Below are positions 9,112 to 18,786 of a stretch of 33,681 bases of DNA, one piece after another. This DNA comes from an uncultured archaeon. GTDB lineage: Archaea > Asgardarchaeota > Heimdallarchaeia > Heimdallarchaeales > Heimdallarchaeaceae. The notes beneath the pieces are model-generated. The model had not been told where the DNA came from, did no database searches, and saw nothing but the letters and a program-made list of their open reading frames with translations. Both the position numbers and the translations under genes were made by a program. The stretch's first letter is position 1. Each line of letters starts with the position of its first letter. Location: assembly GCA_964549075.1 (NCBI GenBank), contig CAZJUB010000017.1, positions 1 through 33,681 of the forward strand, in the 5' to 3' direction.

Positions 9112-9663
9112 ATGGCACTCGAATTTTTCAAAGAAACATGGAAAAATAAGGATTTGTCTATTTTTATCGTTCTTGTCAGATTTATAGTCGGAATAGAATG
9201 GTTTATGGCAGGTTTAGAAAAAATTATTTCAGGAGATTTTGTTACAAATATTTCTGGGACACTTTATTATTTTGCTAATGGTCCTAACCCACCAATCACC
9301 TTTAATCCTAACACCTGGTACGTGAATTTGATCAACAATGTATTTGTACCAAATTCAACAGCTTTTGGTTATCTTGTAATGATTGGTGAATTTGCTTTAG
9401 GAATAGTATTGATACTAGGAATATTAGTAAATCTTAGTTCAATTATTAGTATATTTATGAGCCTGAATTTCTTATTTGCAGCAGGATGGTTAAGTGAATC
9501 GACAATGTCAGTGAATTGGATTTTGGCTGTTATTGCATTTATAATACTTCTAAGTCCAGGAGCAAAGACATTAAGTGTTGACAAATTGATAGCGAATAGA
9601 TATCCTAAACTTCAGAGATTCCTTATCGACTGGTTTGGATTCCAGAAATTAATGGAAAAATAA
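9112..9663 (+). CDS. DoxX / TQO small subunit DoxD family membrane protein
   Basis: RFIVGIEWFMAGLEKI, GEFALGIVLILG, GAKTLSVD; 4 TM. Confidence 0.85.
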   Translation: MALEFFKETWKNKDLSIFIVLVRFIVGIEWFMAGLEKIISGDFVTNISGTLYYFANGPNPPITFNPNTWYVNLINNVFVPNSTAFGYLVMIGEFALGIVLILGILVNLSSIISIFMSLNFLFAAGWLSESTMSVNWILAVIAFIILLSPGAKTLSVDKLIANRYPKLQRFLIDWFGFQKLMEK

Positions 9664-9667
9664 TATT

Positions 9668-9690
9668 GTAGGTTTTTCCTACTTTTTTTT
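9668..9690 (+). terminator. Hairpin plus T-tract after doxX-like gene
   Basis: GTAGG-TTTTT-CCTAC followed by T8 at a convergent junction. Confidence 0.55.
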
Positions 9691-9705
9691 CTTATATTTC
9701 AAAAA

Positions 9706-10590
9706 TTACTGAATCTCTTTTTCATACATCGAAGAAGCATTTAATTTCTTGAAACCCATGTTCTTATATTCTTCAAGTTTCGATACCATTCCACCAAATA
9801 GTACTGCTCTTATGTCTTCAATACCTTTCTCTCTACATACTTCTACTGCTTTAGCAATTAACTGATGTCTATATTTTTCTTCTAAAGCATAAATATAACC
9901 TACATAAAGTTCAGTTAAATCAGAATTTTTCGCAATATAAGTTCGTGCAACTATTTTTTCTTCATCTCTGATGACATAGTGACCAATAATCTCTTCAGAA
10001 TTTTCAATAACCTCAAAATTGTTTTTTGCTTGTTCTTCAGTCATCCCTAATTCAGCTATAAAAATTTGAATAAGTTCGTCTAAGTCCCTTTCCTTGTTGT
10101 ATTCTAAAACATCAGTTGTTTTTTCTGTAATTGTTAATTCATCTGCTTTTACTCCTACCATGTATGCAGTGTCACGAATTAACTTGAAACCGAGTTTTTT
10201 GGCTATTTCTCTATGTTTACCCCAAGTGTCATTTGCAAATGTTCTGATTACATTAGCACCTTTAGATTTGAGTGTATTAAGTGCCTTTGTAACAAGTAAT
10301 TCTGTCACTTTTTCATGCCCTTTTAGTACTAAAGGTGGACTCAAATTGCCGATTGTTTTATCATCTACTTTTTCAGGAAGAATTGCAGATGTTATGAAAC
10401 CAATCATCTCGTCTCCTTTAAAACAATACAATCTCGTTTCGGGATCGAAATTGGCTTGTGAATATACTTCCTTCAACCTTTCAACATTTGTTTGACCAAA
10501 AAGCTGCCACTCTTTACTAGCTTCATTACCAATTCGTACTTGATTTTCAATATAACCTTCTTGATAATGTTTAATCTCGTAATTTGTCAT
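9706..10590 (-). CDS. Tandem GNAT-fold acetyltransferase
   Basis: Two GNAT-like halves (VLKGHEKVTELLVTKAL...KKLGF; EKYRHQLIAKAVE...YKNMGF). Confidence 0.72.
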   Translation of the reverse strand: MTNYEIKHYQEGYIENQVRIGNEASKEWQLFGQTNVERLKEVYSQANFDPETRLYCFKGDEMIGFITSAILPEKVDDKTIGNLSPPLVLKGHEKVTELLVTKALNTLKSKGANVIRTFANDTWGKHREIAKKLGFKLIRDTAYMVGVKADELTITEKTTDVLEYNKERDLDELIQIFIAELGMTEEQAKNNFEVIENSEEIIGHYVIRDEEKIVARTYIAKNSDLTELYVGYIYALEEKYRHQLIAKAVEVCREKGIEDIRAVLFGGMVSKLEEYKNMGFKKLNASSMYEKEIQ

Positions 10591-10706
10591 GGTATTCGTG
10601 AAGTAAAGACCATTATAAATATTGAGTGGTTAATCAATAATTTTAGTAAGAGCAAACAATTATATATCTATAATATTGCAGATAATTATCCTGTCTGGGT
10701 GGTATA

Positions 10707-11165
10707 ATGAGTAAGAAAGATGAATTCTTCAAAAAGCAGATTGAGTTGGAAAATGAAATTATTGCAACTGCAGAGAAATCCGTTTCTCAACTAAAGAATC
10801 TTTTAGTTAAAGAAATGATTTTATCAATAGCACTTGATTCAAAGAAACATGCCAATATGCTAAGTGCTCTACTAGCAATTCAATCTTCGACGCAACCTTT
10901 TATCCCTGAAAAAATAAGTAAAGAGTTAGAGGAGAATATACTCAAACATATTGCTTTAGAACAAAGAGCAATTCGTGAATATAAAGCACTTTTAGAAGAA
11001 GTAGAAAATGAACAAGAGAAATTAATTATTCAAGCTATCTATCACGACGAGTTAAGACATCATTCTCTCTTAAAGAAAATATATTCAACAATTATAGAAA
11101 GAGAAACTCTAGATGAAGGCGAAGTATGGGAATTCGTTAAAGATGATTTTATCCCTCAGTACTAA
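10707..11165 (+). CDS. Ferritin-like/rubrerythrin-like di-iron four-helix protein
   Basis: Duplicated E...(D/E)xxH pattern: IELENE...DSKKH and IALEQR...DELRHH. Confidence 0.75.
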   Translation: MSKKDEFFKKQIELENEIIATAEKSVSQLKNLLVKEMILSIALDSKKHANMLSALLAIQSSTQPFIPEKISKELEENILKHIALEQRAIREYKALLEEVENEQEKLIIQAIYHDELRHHSLLKKIYSTIIERETLDEGEVWEFVKDDFIPQY

Positions 11166-11217
11166 TTCTCAGTCACATCATCTTTTTTAATATGTTCAAT
11201 CTTTACAAAGTGATAAT

Positions 11218-12087
11218 ATGAAAGTTACTAAGGTAGGGTTGAGAGGATTGGTTTTTAGTTTTGAAGATCCATACCTCATCAATATTTATGCTATTATAGG
11301 AGATGAGCATCTCTTTATCTGTGACACAGGTTTTGGGTCAGATACTGTTGATGAAATTTTATCCTATCTTAAAGAACAAAGCCTTCTCTCAAAACCTATA
11401 ATTGTTTTCAATTCACATGCTGATTATGATCATGTGTGGGGGAATCATAAATTCAAAAACTCTACGATTATAGCTCATGAATTATCTCCAAGCATATTCG
11501 AAAAAGAAGGAAAAGATATGCTGGAACTCAACTCCTCTCATAAAAGAGGAGAAGTCATTTTAACTCCTCCTAATAAATTGTTCAAGGAGAAATTAGTCTT
11601 TCAAGAGGAAGATATAGAGTTTTATCATACTCCAGGTCATACTCTGGAATCTTCTTCTTGTTATGATCGAAGAGATAAAATCCTTTTCGTAGGTGATAAT
11701 ATAGAAAATCCTTTTCCATACATAAATTTCCCAAATTTAGAGGAATATAAAACCACATTAGAGGAGTATTTAACTCGAAATGTAACAGTGCTTCTTTCTG
11801 GTCATGATAAAATAATGTATGATACAAATTTAATTAAAGAAAATCTAGACTATCTGAAACAGTTAGAAAATGGTACAGTCGATCGGAGTGATTTTACCAA
11901 GAAACACAGAAGGATACATTTTCTTAATGTCACTAGTTTGGGAGAAATGATGAAAAAAACAAATGAGATTGAAAAAGCGAAGACATATTACAAAGAAGCA
12001 TTAAAAATTCTAAATGAATTAGAACCAACACAAGAAATAGAAGAAAAGATAGTGGAAATATCTAATATTCTTAACGAATTGAAGTAA
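11218..12087 (+). CDS. Metallo-beta-lactamase-fold hydrolase with C-terminal TPR-like helices
   Basis: DTG, SHADYDH, TPGHT, FVGD, SGH; tail LGEMM...EKAKTYYKEAL. Confidence 0.85.
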   Translation: MKVTKVGLRGLVFSFEDPYLINIYAIIGDEHLFICDTGFGSDTVDEILSYLKEQSLLSKPIIVFNSHADYDHVWGNHKFKNSTIIAHELSPSIFEKEGKDMLELNSSHKRGEVILTPPNKLFKEKLVFQEEDIEFYHTPGHTLESSSCYDRRDKILFVGDNIENPFPYINFPNLEEYKTTLEEYLTRNVTVLLSGHDKIMYDTNLIKENLDYLKQLENGTVDRSDFTKKHRRIHFLNVTSLGEMMKKTNEIEKAKTYYKEALKILNELEPTQEIEEKIVEISNILNELK

Positions 12088-12156
12088 TTAGAGTAAATGG
12101 GTCACACTTAAAAACAACTTAATTTATATAATATTAAAGGCTAATAAGTGGTTAAA

Positions 12157-12483
12157 ATGAAAATTGAAGAACTTAAACCAGATTCTAGTTTTGATGAATT
12201 AAAAGTAAGAATCTTATCAAAACAAGGTCCTAGAGAGGTGAATCTAAGAAATGGCAGAACAACTCACGTCTGGGATATTCTAGTAGTTGACGAAAGTGGT
12301 ACTACAACATTAACTCTTTGGGGAGCTACAGCAGCCGATAATTACAAAGTAGGGCAAGTTGTAACTATAAATGATGGTTGGTGTAAAATGTTCAGAGATA
12401 CAAAACAAATATCTTTAGGTCGTGGTGGAAAGATTTTTCCTGCAGATGATGATCCGAACATCCCAACTAAACCTCCAGAATAA
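12157..12483 (+). CDS. ssb: Single OB-fold single-stranded DNA-binding protein (SSB/RPA)
   Basis: MKIEELKP, VVDESG...LTLWG, VGQVVTI.DGW, ISLGRGGKI; typical archaeal single-OB SSB. Confidence 0.85.
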   Translation: MKIEELKPDSSFDELKVRILSKQGPREVNLRNGRTTHVWDILVVDESGTTTLTLWGATAADNYKVGQVVTINDGWCKMFRDTKQISLGRGGKIFPADDDPNIPTKPPE

Positions 12484-12558
12484 TTTTTAAATTGCTTATT
12501 CACAAACAATTATATTTCAAATTTCTTTTTGTTTTCAACTATTACACGATGTGAATAA

Positions 12559-13629
12559 ATGAGTCAGATAATCATTAAGAGTCCAAATCCAGATGTAATA
12601 TGGAGTTCCTGGAAGCAAATGGCTGCAAGAAATAGCAAATTAGATAAACATTATAAAACTAAAGGAGCGGTATTCTCGTTAGACAACATTGCTGCTGCTG
12701 AATATGTCAAAGCTGTAAATAAAGAAGCTATTATTTTCTACGAAGAAATTTATGAAGCAACATCTTCAACAGCTAAGAAGATGATCAAACAAGGTAATCT
12801 GAAATCTCTTCAGAAAGAGCAATTTTATGAGTTTAAGACTACTGCTCTAAAATCGGAATGGAAAGGTCCTGAAGATGTAGCTTATCTAAACTCAATTCAA
12901 CAATACAGTTGTCCAACTTGTCATGGTGCAGGGAAAACCACCTGTTCCAAATGTAATGGAAGAAAATTAATTACCTGCTCAAATTGTAAAGGTACAACTA
13001 TTGATTGCAAAGAATGCAATTCAACAGGTAAAAAGATAATTAAGATTTCTGTAATAGATCAACAGGGTAATAAAAAAACTGTTGAACAACAGATACCTTG
13101 TCCTGTTTGTTCAGGAACAAAAAGAGTAGAATGCTATAGGTGTGGTGGTACTGGAAAGATTCCATGTGATTCTTGTCAAGCAGAAGGAGCTAAAACTTGT
13201 AAAGAATGTAATGGACATGGAATTCTATTTAAATGGATAGTTCAACCAGTTCCCTTCAAAGCAGAAAAATTAGCAAAACCTGTTATTGTAGCTTCAACTA
13301 AGGTTGCAGGATTTGAAAAAGAAATGGGACTTGAAATTCAAAGTGCTATTGAAAGAGTTGAAGGTATAGCAATTAGAGACCCATATAATGAGTTAAATCA
13401 ACGATTTATTGAACCTAGTCTGGGGTATTTCACAAAAGAGATAGCTAAGATGGTTAATGATACTCAAAAAAGCTGGAAAAATACTGATAAGGATAAGGAT
13501 TATTCTATTAAAAGGCCAATTTATCTTTTCCCTCTAATCGTACTTGATTGCGAAACTGCGAAAGGAAAGAAGTTTCAAGTCTTTTCAATAGGTTCTGAAC
13601 GAGGATATTTGGTTTTTGGAAAAATTTAG
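12559..13629 (+). CDS. Cys-rich protein with eight CxxCxGxG-type zinc-finger repeats and no J-domain (SSUH2-like architecture)
   Basis: CPTCHGAG, CSKCNGRK, CSNCKGTT, CKECNSTG, CPVCSGTK, CYRCGGTG, CDSCQAEG, CKECNGHG; no HPD motif. Confidence 0.75.
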   Translation: MSQIIIKSPNPDVIWSSWKQMAARNSKLDKHYKTKGAVFSLDNIAAAEYVKAVNKEAIIFYEEIYEATSSTAKKMIKQGNLKSLQKEQFYEFKTTALKSEWKGPEDVAYLNSIQQYSCPTCHGAGKTTCSKCNGRKLITCSNCKGTTIDCKECNSTGKKIIKISVIDQQGNKKTVEQQIPCPVCSGTKRVECYRCGGTGKIPCDSCQAEGAKTCKECNGHGILFKWIVQPVPFKAEKLAKPVIVASTKVAGFEKEMGLEIQSAIERVEGIAIRDPYNELNQRFIEPSLGYFTKEIAKMVNDTQKSWKNTDKDKDYSIKRPIYLFPLIVLDCETAKGKKFQVFSIGSERGYLVFGKI

Positions 13630-13650
13630 ATTGAATCTTCTTTCAATTTC

Positions 13651-14007
13651 TTAGCAATTAAGGTGAAATGCTCCTGCAACTTTGAACTTTTTTTTCACAA
13701 GTTCATTGAATTTAGTGACTGCATCATCAGATTTTTCAATAATTAGTTCAATATCCCTTGATTTTAGTTCCTTGATTATTTCCTCTGGAACTTCAACTAA
13801 ACCATATTTGCCTGTTCCGATGATTAGTGTTTCTACCTCTTTTTCTAATACTGTGTTAAGGTCATCTAAGTGAATAGAATGTCCTTTTTTTCTTCTCCAG
13901 TTTGTTTCTATATAGTTTCTGAAGATTATTAGATCTGAAGTATAACCTTTACCATTAATTATCATTTTACCAAAACGATATTTCTCGATGATATTCAACA
14001 AGCACAC
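13651..14007 (-). CDS. Mth938-like / DUF498 (AAMDC) protein
   Basis: YRFGKMIINGKGYTSDLII, WRRKKGH, LIIGTG, GAFHLNC. True start is probably TTG 13998 or 14001. Confidence 0.9.
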   Translation of the reverse strand: MCLLNIIEKYRFGKMIINGKGYTSDLIIFRNYIETNWRRKKGHSIHLDDLNTVLEKEVETLIIGTGKYGLVEVPEEIIKELKSRDIELIIEKSDDAVTKFNELVKKKFKVAGAFHLNC

Positions 14008-14113
14008 CTAAATTTATGATAAATTTATTCCTCTTATTTTTTTCTTTATTGATGGCAAATGAATAAATACTCCTTATACATCTATTTACTGATTAACATC
14101 TGGAGTTTTAAAA

Positions 14114-14878
14114 ATGGTAGAATTTTGGGTATGGATAATAATAATTGTTGTTGTCGTATTCATAGGAATCTGGTTTCTTGCTGGATTAAGGGTTGTTCTT
14201 GAATACGAGAGAATAGTAGTTTTCCGGTTAGGGAAGTATAAACGGACAATGGGACCTGGCGTCGTATATGTTCTGCCTGTTATTGAAAAAGCGAGAAAAG
14301 TGGACCTAAGGATTATCACTCAAGATATCCCAAGACAAGAAGTGATGACACGTGATAATATCCCTGTATTAGCTAATACTGTTGTTTATTTCAAAGTAGA
14401 ACGCCCTGAAGATGCGGTGATAAAAATTGAAAATTATGTATATGCAGTTAGACAATATACTCAAGCAGCTCTCCGAGACACAATGGGAACAATGGAGCTT
14501 GATCAAGTGTTAATTGAGAGAGATAAAATCGCTCAGGATATTAGGAAGATAGTAGATACTGAAACTAATGATTGGGGTATTGATATTAAAGGTATTAAAA
14601 TACAAGAAATCGAGTTACCTGCTGAAATGAAACGAGCTTTTGCAAAACAAGCTGAAGCAGAACGAGAAAAAAGGGCAGTTATAATCCAATCTGAAGGAGA
14701 GTTACAAGCTGCTCAGAATCTAGCTGAAGCTGCAAAGAAACTATCTCAAGAATCTGGTGCACTCCAGCTTAGAACCTTGCAAACAATCAGAGATATAGCA
14801 CAAGATCCTAGTGAAAAAATAGTAATTTTCATGCCAAGTGATATTACAGAAGTAGCACAAAAACTTGCTAAGAAATAA
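14114..14878 (+). CDS. Stomatin (SPFH/band 7) family protein
   Basis: N-terminal TM, EYERIVVFRLGK, VDLR, QEVMTRDN, AKQAEAEREKRA, ALQLRTLQT. Confidence 0.95.
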   Translation: MVEFWVWIIIIVVVVFIGIWFLAGLRVVLEYERIVVFRLGKYKRTMGPGVVYVLPVIEKARKVDLRIITQDIPRQEVMTRDNIPVLANTVVYFKVERPEDAVIKIENYVYAVRQYTQAALRDTMGTMELDQVLIERDKIAQDIRKIVDTETNDWGIDIKGIKIQEIELPAEMKRAFAKQAEAEREKRAVIIQSEGELQAAQNLAEAAKKLSQESGALQLRTLQTIRDIAQDPSEKIVIFMPSDITEVAQKLAKK

Positions 14879-14893
14879 AAGAGGTGGAAGCAA

Positions 14894-15565
14894 TTGGGTT
14901 TAAGAGATTTAAAAAGATATGTCCAGATTGCTTTCAATGGTACAACACAACAAGTTAGAAGAATACTACCTCAGATACCATATGATCCTCGTATAATAAT
15001 TGAAGCAGGAACCCCTTATATCAAAAGAACAGGAATGAGTGGCGTCAATTTAATAAGAAGAATGTGGAGTGGGCTAGTCGTAGCAGATATCAAAGTAACT
15101 GATGGTGCTGCTCAAGAAGTGATGTTTTCTGCAACTGCAGGGGCTAATGCAGCTACTGTAATGGGATCTGCTCCTGTAGAAACTCTTGATTTCTTTGTAA
15201 AATTCTGTAAGAGTCACAATATCTATTCGATGATTGACATGCTAGGAGTAAATGATCCTCTTCGTAAAATGCATCCGATGAAAACAAAGCCTGATGTAAT
15301 TGTGATTCATAAGGGAAGAGATGAAGAAAGCAATAAACAACGTATAATCAGATATAAAGATATAGTAAAAATCAGATCAAAATATGATAGTTTAATATCT
15401 GTTGCTGGTGGTTTAACTGAAAATAACGTTAGAAAAGCGTATTTCAATGGTGCTGATATTGCTATTCTCAATATAGTTAGTCCTGATGATCCAAATAATG
15501 GATTATCAGACCAAGCGAATTATAGAAATCTAGTCTCTGATATCCTTAATGAAGTAGGTAATTAA
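14894..15565 (+). CDS. 3-hexulose-6-phosphate synthase-like (OMPDC/HUMPS family) protein
   Basis: IEAGTPYIK, ADIKVTD (DxKxxD), MIDMLGV, IHKGRD, VAGGL; TTG start after GAGGTGG. Confidence 0.8.
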   Translation: MGLRDLKRYVQIAFNGTTQQVRRILPQIPYDPRIIIEAGTPYIKRTGMSGVNLIRRMWSGLVVADIKVTDGAAQEVMFSATAGANAATVMGSAPVETLDFFVKFCKSHNIYSMIDMLGVNDPLRKMHPMKTKPDVIVIHKGRDEESNKQRIIRYKDIVKIRSKYDSLISVAGGLTENNVRKAYFNGADIAILNIVSPDDPNNGLSDQANYRNLVSDILNEVGN

Positions 15566-15582
15566 CCTACTATTCTTTTTTT
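15553..15582 (+). terminator. Hairpin plus T-tract overlapping the stop of the HPS-like gene
   Basis: AGTAGGT-AATTA-ACCTACT followed by ATTC-T7 at a convergent junction. Confidence 0.5.
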
Positions 15583-16450
15583 AACAATCAAAAATAAACT
15601 CCTTTCCAACTGGTGCATAGTTAACTTGTTTTTCTCCTAACTTTTTCCTTAAGATCTTATATGCTTTTTTTCCGATGCTGTGGTTGAAGAAGAAGTTTAT
15701 TTTAGAATAATTATTTTCTATGATTTTTCCTACTTCTAGAATTTTTTCGATTTTTGCTCCAACAAGATGAACACCACCAATCACAGTAATAACTTCATCA
15801 TCACATATCCTCTCAGCTTTGTTAATAGTATTATCCAATCCTGAATGACAACAACCGCAGATTAAAACCAACCCTTCTTTTGTTTTTAATATGAGTGACG
15901 TATCATCTACTAGATTATCATGTATCCAATTACCATTCACATAGTGAACAAAATGCCTAGATATATTTTGAAAATTAGTTCTTTCTTCTATAGCTATCTC
16001 TCCAGTTGTAACTAATCTCGATGTAATCTCAATTGGTTCTGTACTTAGAATGAATTTAATCTTCTTCTTCATATCTGTCTTTATTGGGTAGAATCCTGCA
16101 TTCCATAAGCGTAATTTACCAAGATGAGCTCGTTTTGGTTCTAATACATTAGTATGTGCGAAAACAGGAATAACCATCTCTTTTGTTCTCTCTTTCAGAA
16201 ATGCGTTCATACCTCTAACATGGTCAGAGTGCCCATGTGAAAGAACTATCTTATTAATTGAATCAGGATTAACATTTAATATTTTCATGTTTTTTATGAG
16301 AACTTTACCAATCAAACCAAGATCATATAAAATGTGATTTTTACCTTCTTGAATATAAAAGGATACACCATGACTAAAGCTGGATAAAATCCCTGGATTG
16401 GTTATTCTGTCATGAATAGTTATAATTGAAACTTTCATCTGATTACTCAA
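15581..16450 (-). CDS. MBL-fold metallohydrolase (MJ0301/DHPS-like subgroup)
   Basis: HGVSFYI, ILYDLG, SHGHSDH, DDTSL, GCCHSG, GGVHL. Confidence 0.85.
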   Translation of the reverse strand: MSNQMKVSIITIHDRITNPGILSSFSHGVSFYIQEGKNHILYDLGLIGKVLIKNMKILNVNPDSINKIVLSHGHSDHVRGMNAFLKERTKEMVIPVFAHTNVLEPKRAHLGKLRLWNAGFYPIKTDMKKKIKFILSTEPIEITSRLVTTGEIAIEERTNFQNISRHFVHYVNGNWIHDNLVDDTSLILKTKEGLVLICGCCHSGLDNTINKAERICDDEVITVIGGVHLVGAKIEKILEVGKIIENNYSKINFFFNHSIGKKAYKILRKKLGEKQVNYAPVGKEFIFDC

Positions 16451-16537
16451 ACTTTCTCTAAGCTCTTTATATATAATAAATTTGCTGAGAAAATGGGAAA
16501 ATGCTATATATTTATTTGCGAAACAGTATTTGATAAT

Positions 16538-17386
16538 ATGAAAGCTTTTATCTCTGTGGATTTAGAAGGAATGCCTTATGTGGTCATTCCTGGTCATTTA
16601 AATCTTAATGGATCTCTTTATGAAGAAGCAAGAAAGATAGCTACAAAAATTACACTTTTTGTTACTGAGGAACTTCATAAAAATAGTTTTGAAAAAATAA
16701 TTGTTGCTGATAGTCACGGACCAATGGTCAATCTTTTAGTAGAAGATTTACCGGAGTGTGTAGAGATAATTAGAGGAGGATTGCGGCCAACTAGCATGGT
16801 TGCAGGAGCACAAGGATGTGATGTGGGAATTTTTCTCGGATATCATGCCAAAGCAAGAACTCTGCAATCAACTTTTGATCATACTTATAGTGGAAGCAGT
16901 GTGAACAAACTTACTCTAAATAATATGGAGGTTTCTGAATATCTTTTGAATGCATACACAATAGGAGAATTTGGAATACCTCCCATTCTAGTAGCTGGTG
17001 AAAAACAATTAATTGAAGATGATGTCAAAACAAAGACTCCTTGGGTTGAAACTGTTGCTTTAAAAGAATCATTTAGCAGATTAGCAGCAAAAAGTCCAAG
17101 TATGAAATTTATTGAAAAGGAACTTCGAGAAGCAACTAATAAAGCAATAATTAATATGAATGAAGATAAAGTGGAACGGTTAATTATTCAACATCCAGTA
17201 CATGTTCAATTAACTCTTAGAGACACCCATCAAGCAGATGCTGTAGAATATTTGCCTTTTGTAGAACGAAAAGATGCAGTAACAATTGAGTATATAGCAA
17301 AAAATATGACAGAAGCTTACAAATCTTTTCAAGCAATTATGTTCATTTCCTCAGCAGCTTCTTCTATGCTTCAAAATCTCGGTTAA
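16538..17386 (+). CDS. dppA: D-aminopeptidase, peptidase family M55
   Basis: MKAFISVDLEG, ADSHG, GYHAKA, DHTY, VSEYLLNA. Confidence 0.93.
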   Translation: MKAFISVDLEGMPYVVIPGHLNLNGSLYEEARKIATKITLFVTEELHKNSFEKIIVADSHGPMVNLLVEDLPECVEIIRGGLRPTSMVAGAQGCDVGIFLGYHAKARTLQSTFDHTYSGSSVNKLTLNNMEVSEYLLNAYTIGEFGIPPILVAGEKQLIEDDVKTKTPWVETVALKESFSRLAAKSPSMKFIEKELREATNKAIINMNEDKVERLIIQHPVHVQLTLRDTHQADAVEYLPFVERKDAVTIEYIAKNMTEAYKSFQAIMFISSAASSMLQNLG

Positions 17387-17387
17387 T

Positions 17388-17403
17388 CTTTTTTTTTCTT
17401 TTT
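17388..17403 (+). terminator. Archaeal oligo-T terminator after dppA
   Basis: Long T-run directly after the stop codon. Confidence 0.55.
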
Positions 17404-17535
17404 CTTCTTAAAATTGTAGAGAAGTTATTATATACCCGAACTAAGTTTGATTAGAAATTCCTTGGCCATAATTTTTTTAATGAGCATTGGAATAGTAGCC
17501 CAGAGATTTACAAAATATTTGTATGAGGTTCCAAA

Positions 17536-18786
17536 TTGGGCAAGAGAAAAGTACCAACCTTGTTTTTTATTGCTATTCTCGTTGTCTCCATTATTACCTT
17601 AGATATTGTAAGACAAGCTCAATTTAGAGGAGATAAAAATGAAATTGTTCTAAATATTCTTTATACAAGTGAGAAGAAAGGATGGATTAACTCAATCTCA
17701 CCTGATTTTCCTGATTGGTTTGCTAATCGTAATCCTGGAATGGATGTAAGATTGGTATTTGAAGTTCAGGGTACTCGTACTTCTATGTTGTCTATATTGT
17801 CTGGAGAAAGTAAACCTGTAATTTGGAGTCCTGCAGCTTCTGTTTGGGTGCCTTTATTTGATTGGTCGTGGCAAAAGAAATTTGGTAACCACATTTTTGA
17901 TGAAAGCCAAGTAAAATCCTTAGTTGCATCACCAATTATTTTGGGAACGTGGCAGAGTTATAGAGATGAAAATAATCTAACAAAGTGGACTGACTTGTAT
18001 GATCTAGCTGAAACTGAATTAAAACTAGCACATACTTCAGCACAAGAGTCAAATTCTGGTTACATGGCTGTTCTTCTCGAAATTACTGCTGCAAGTGGGA
18101 AAACTCCTGATCAAATATCTATGACAGACTTACAAAATTCTACTATACAAAATTGGATGAAGAAGGTTGAATCAACAGCTGTTTTATATGGAACTTCTAC
18201 AGGTTTTCTCGCTAAACAAGCAGTTCAGCTTGGTCCTTCTGGGATTAATGTAATGATTTTATACGAGAATCTAATAATTGAAACTGCAAAAGATGGGGAA
18301 GCTTTTGCAAAGTGGGGAGATAATCTTGTAGCTGTGTATCCCGAAGAAGGAACACTTTGGAGTGATCATCCAATTGTTAGATTGAATGCTTCTTGGGTGA
18401 CTCCAGAACAACAGTATGCAGCTCAAGAATTTGAGACTTATTTATTAAGTAAGGAAATTCAAAAACTCTCTATTCCTTATGGATTTAGACCAGGAAATGA
18501 ATCAATTTTAAATGATACAGATATCGTCGCAGAGATGGAATCTGTATTCAAACCAGAAAACGGAGTTAGTCTTAACATAACGATCCCAAGATTTACTGTA
18601 CCAACTGATGGAGAAGTTTTAGATAGAATACCTGATGTCTGGCTTAAAACTCGAGCATTAGAACTTGAGAAAGATGAAGATGTTTCCTATTGGCAATTAG
18701 GTTATAAGCCATTTACTCTTATTCCAATAATGTTTGGGACTCTAGTTGTTATCATTGTTTTGCGGAGGAAAAGGAGGGAGAGATAA
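17536..18786 (+). CDS. ABC transporter substrate-binding protein of the type usually fused to a vWA domain; N- and C-terminal membrane anchors
   Basis: YTSEKKGW, WSPAASVW, SPIILG, HTSAQESNSG, YGTSTGFL, YENLII, YPEEGTLWSDHP, YGFRP; C-terminal TM plus RRKRRER. Confidence 0.82.
   Translation: MGKRKVPTLFFIAILVVSIITLDIVRQAQFRGDKNEIVLNILYTSEKKGWINSISPDFPDWFANRNPGMDVRLVFEVQGTRTSMLSILSGESKPVIWSPAASVWVPLFDWSWQKKFGNHIFDESQVKSLVASPIILGTWQSYRDENNLTKWTDLYDLAETELKLAHTSAQESNSGYMAVLLEITAASGKTPDQISMTDLQNSTIQNWMKKVESTAVLYGTSTGFLAKQAVQLGPSGINVMILYENLIIETAKDGEAFAKWGDNLVAVYPEEGTLWSDHPIVRLNASWVTPEQQYAAQEFETYLLSKEIQKLSIPYGFRPGNESILNDTDIVAEMESVFKPENGVSLNITIPRFTVPTDGEVLDRIPDVWLKTRALELEKDEDVSYWQLGYKPFTLIPIMFGTLVVIIVLRRKRRER

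Noticed and set aside
12559-13629. dnaJ
   Set aside because: No J-domain or HPD motif, no G/F region, and eight rather than four Cys repeats.
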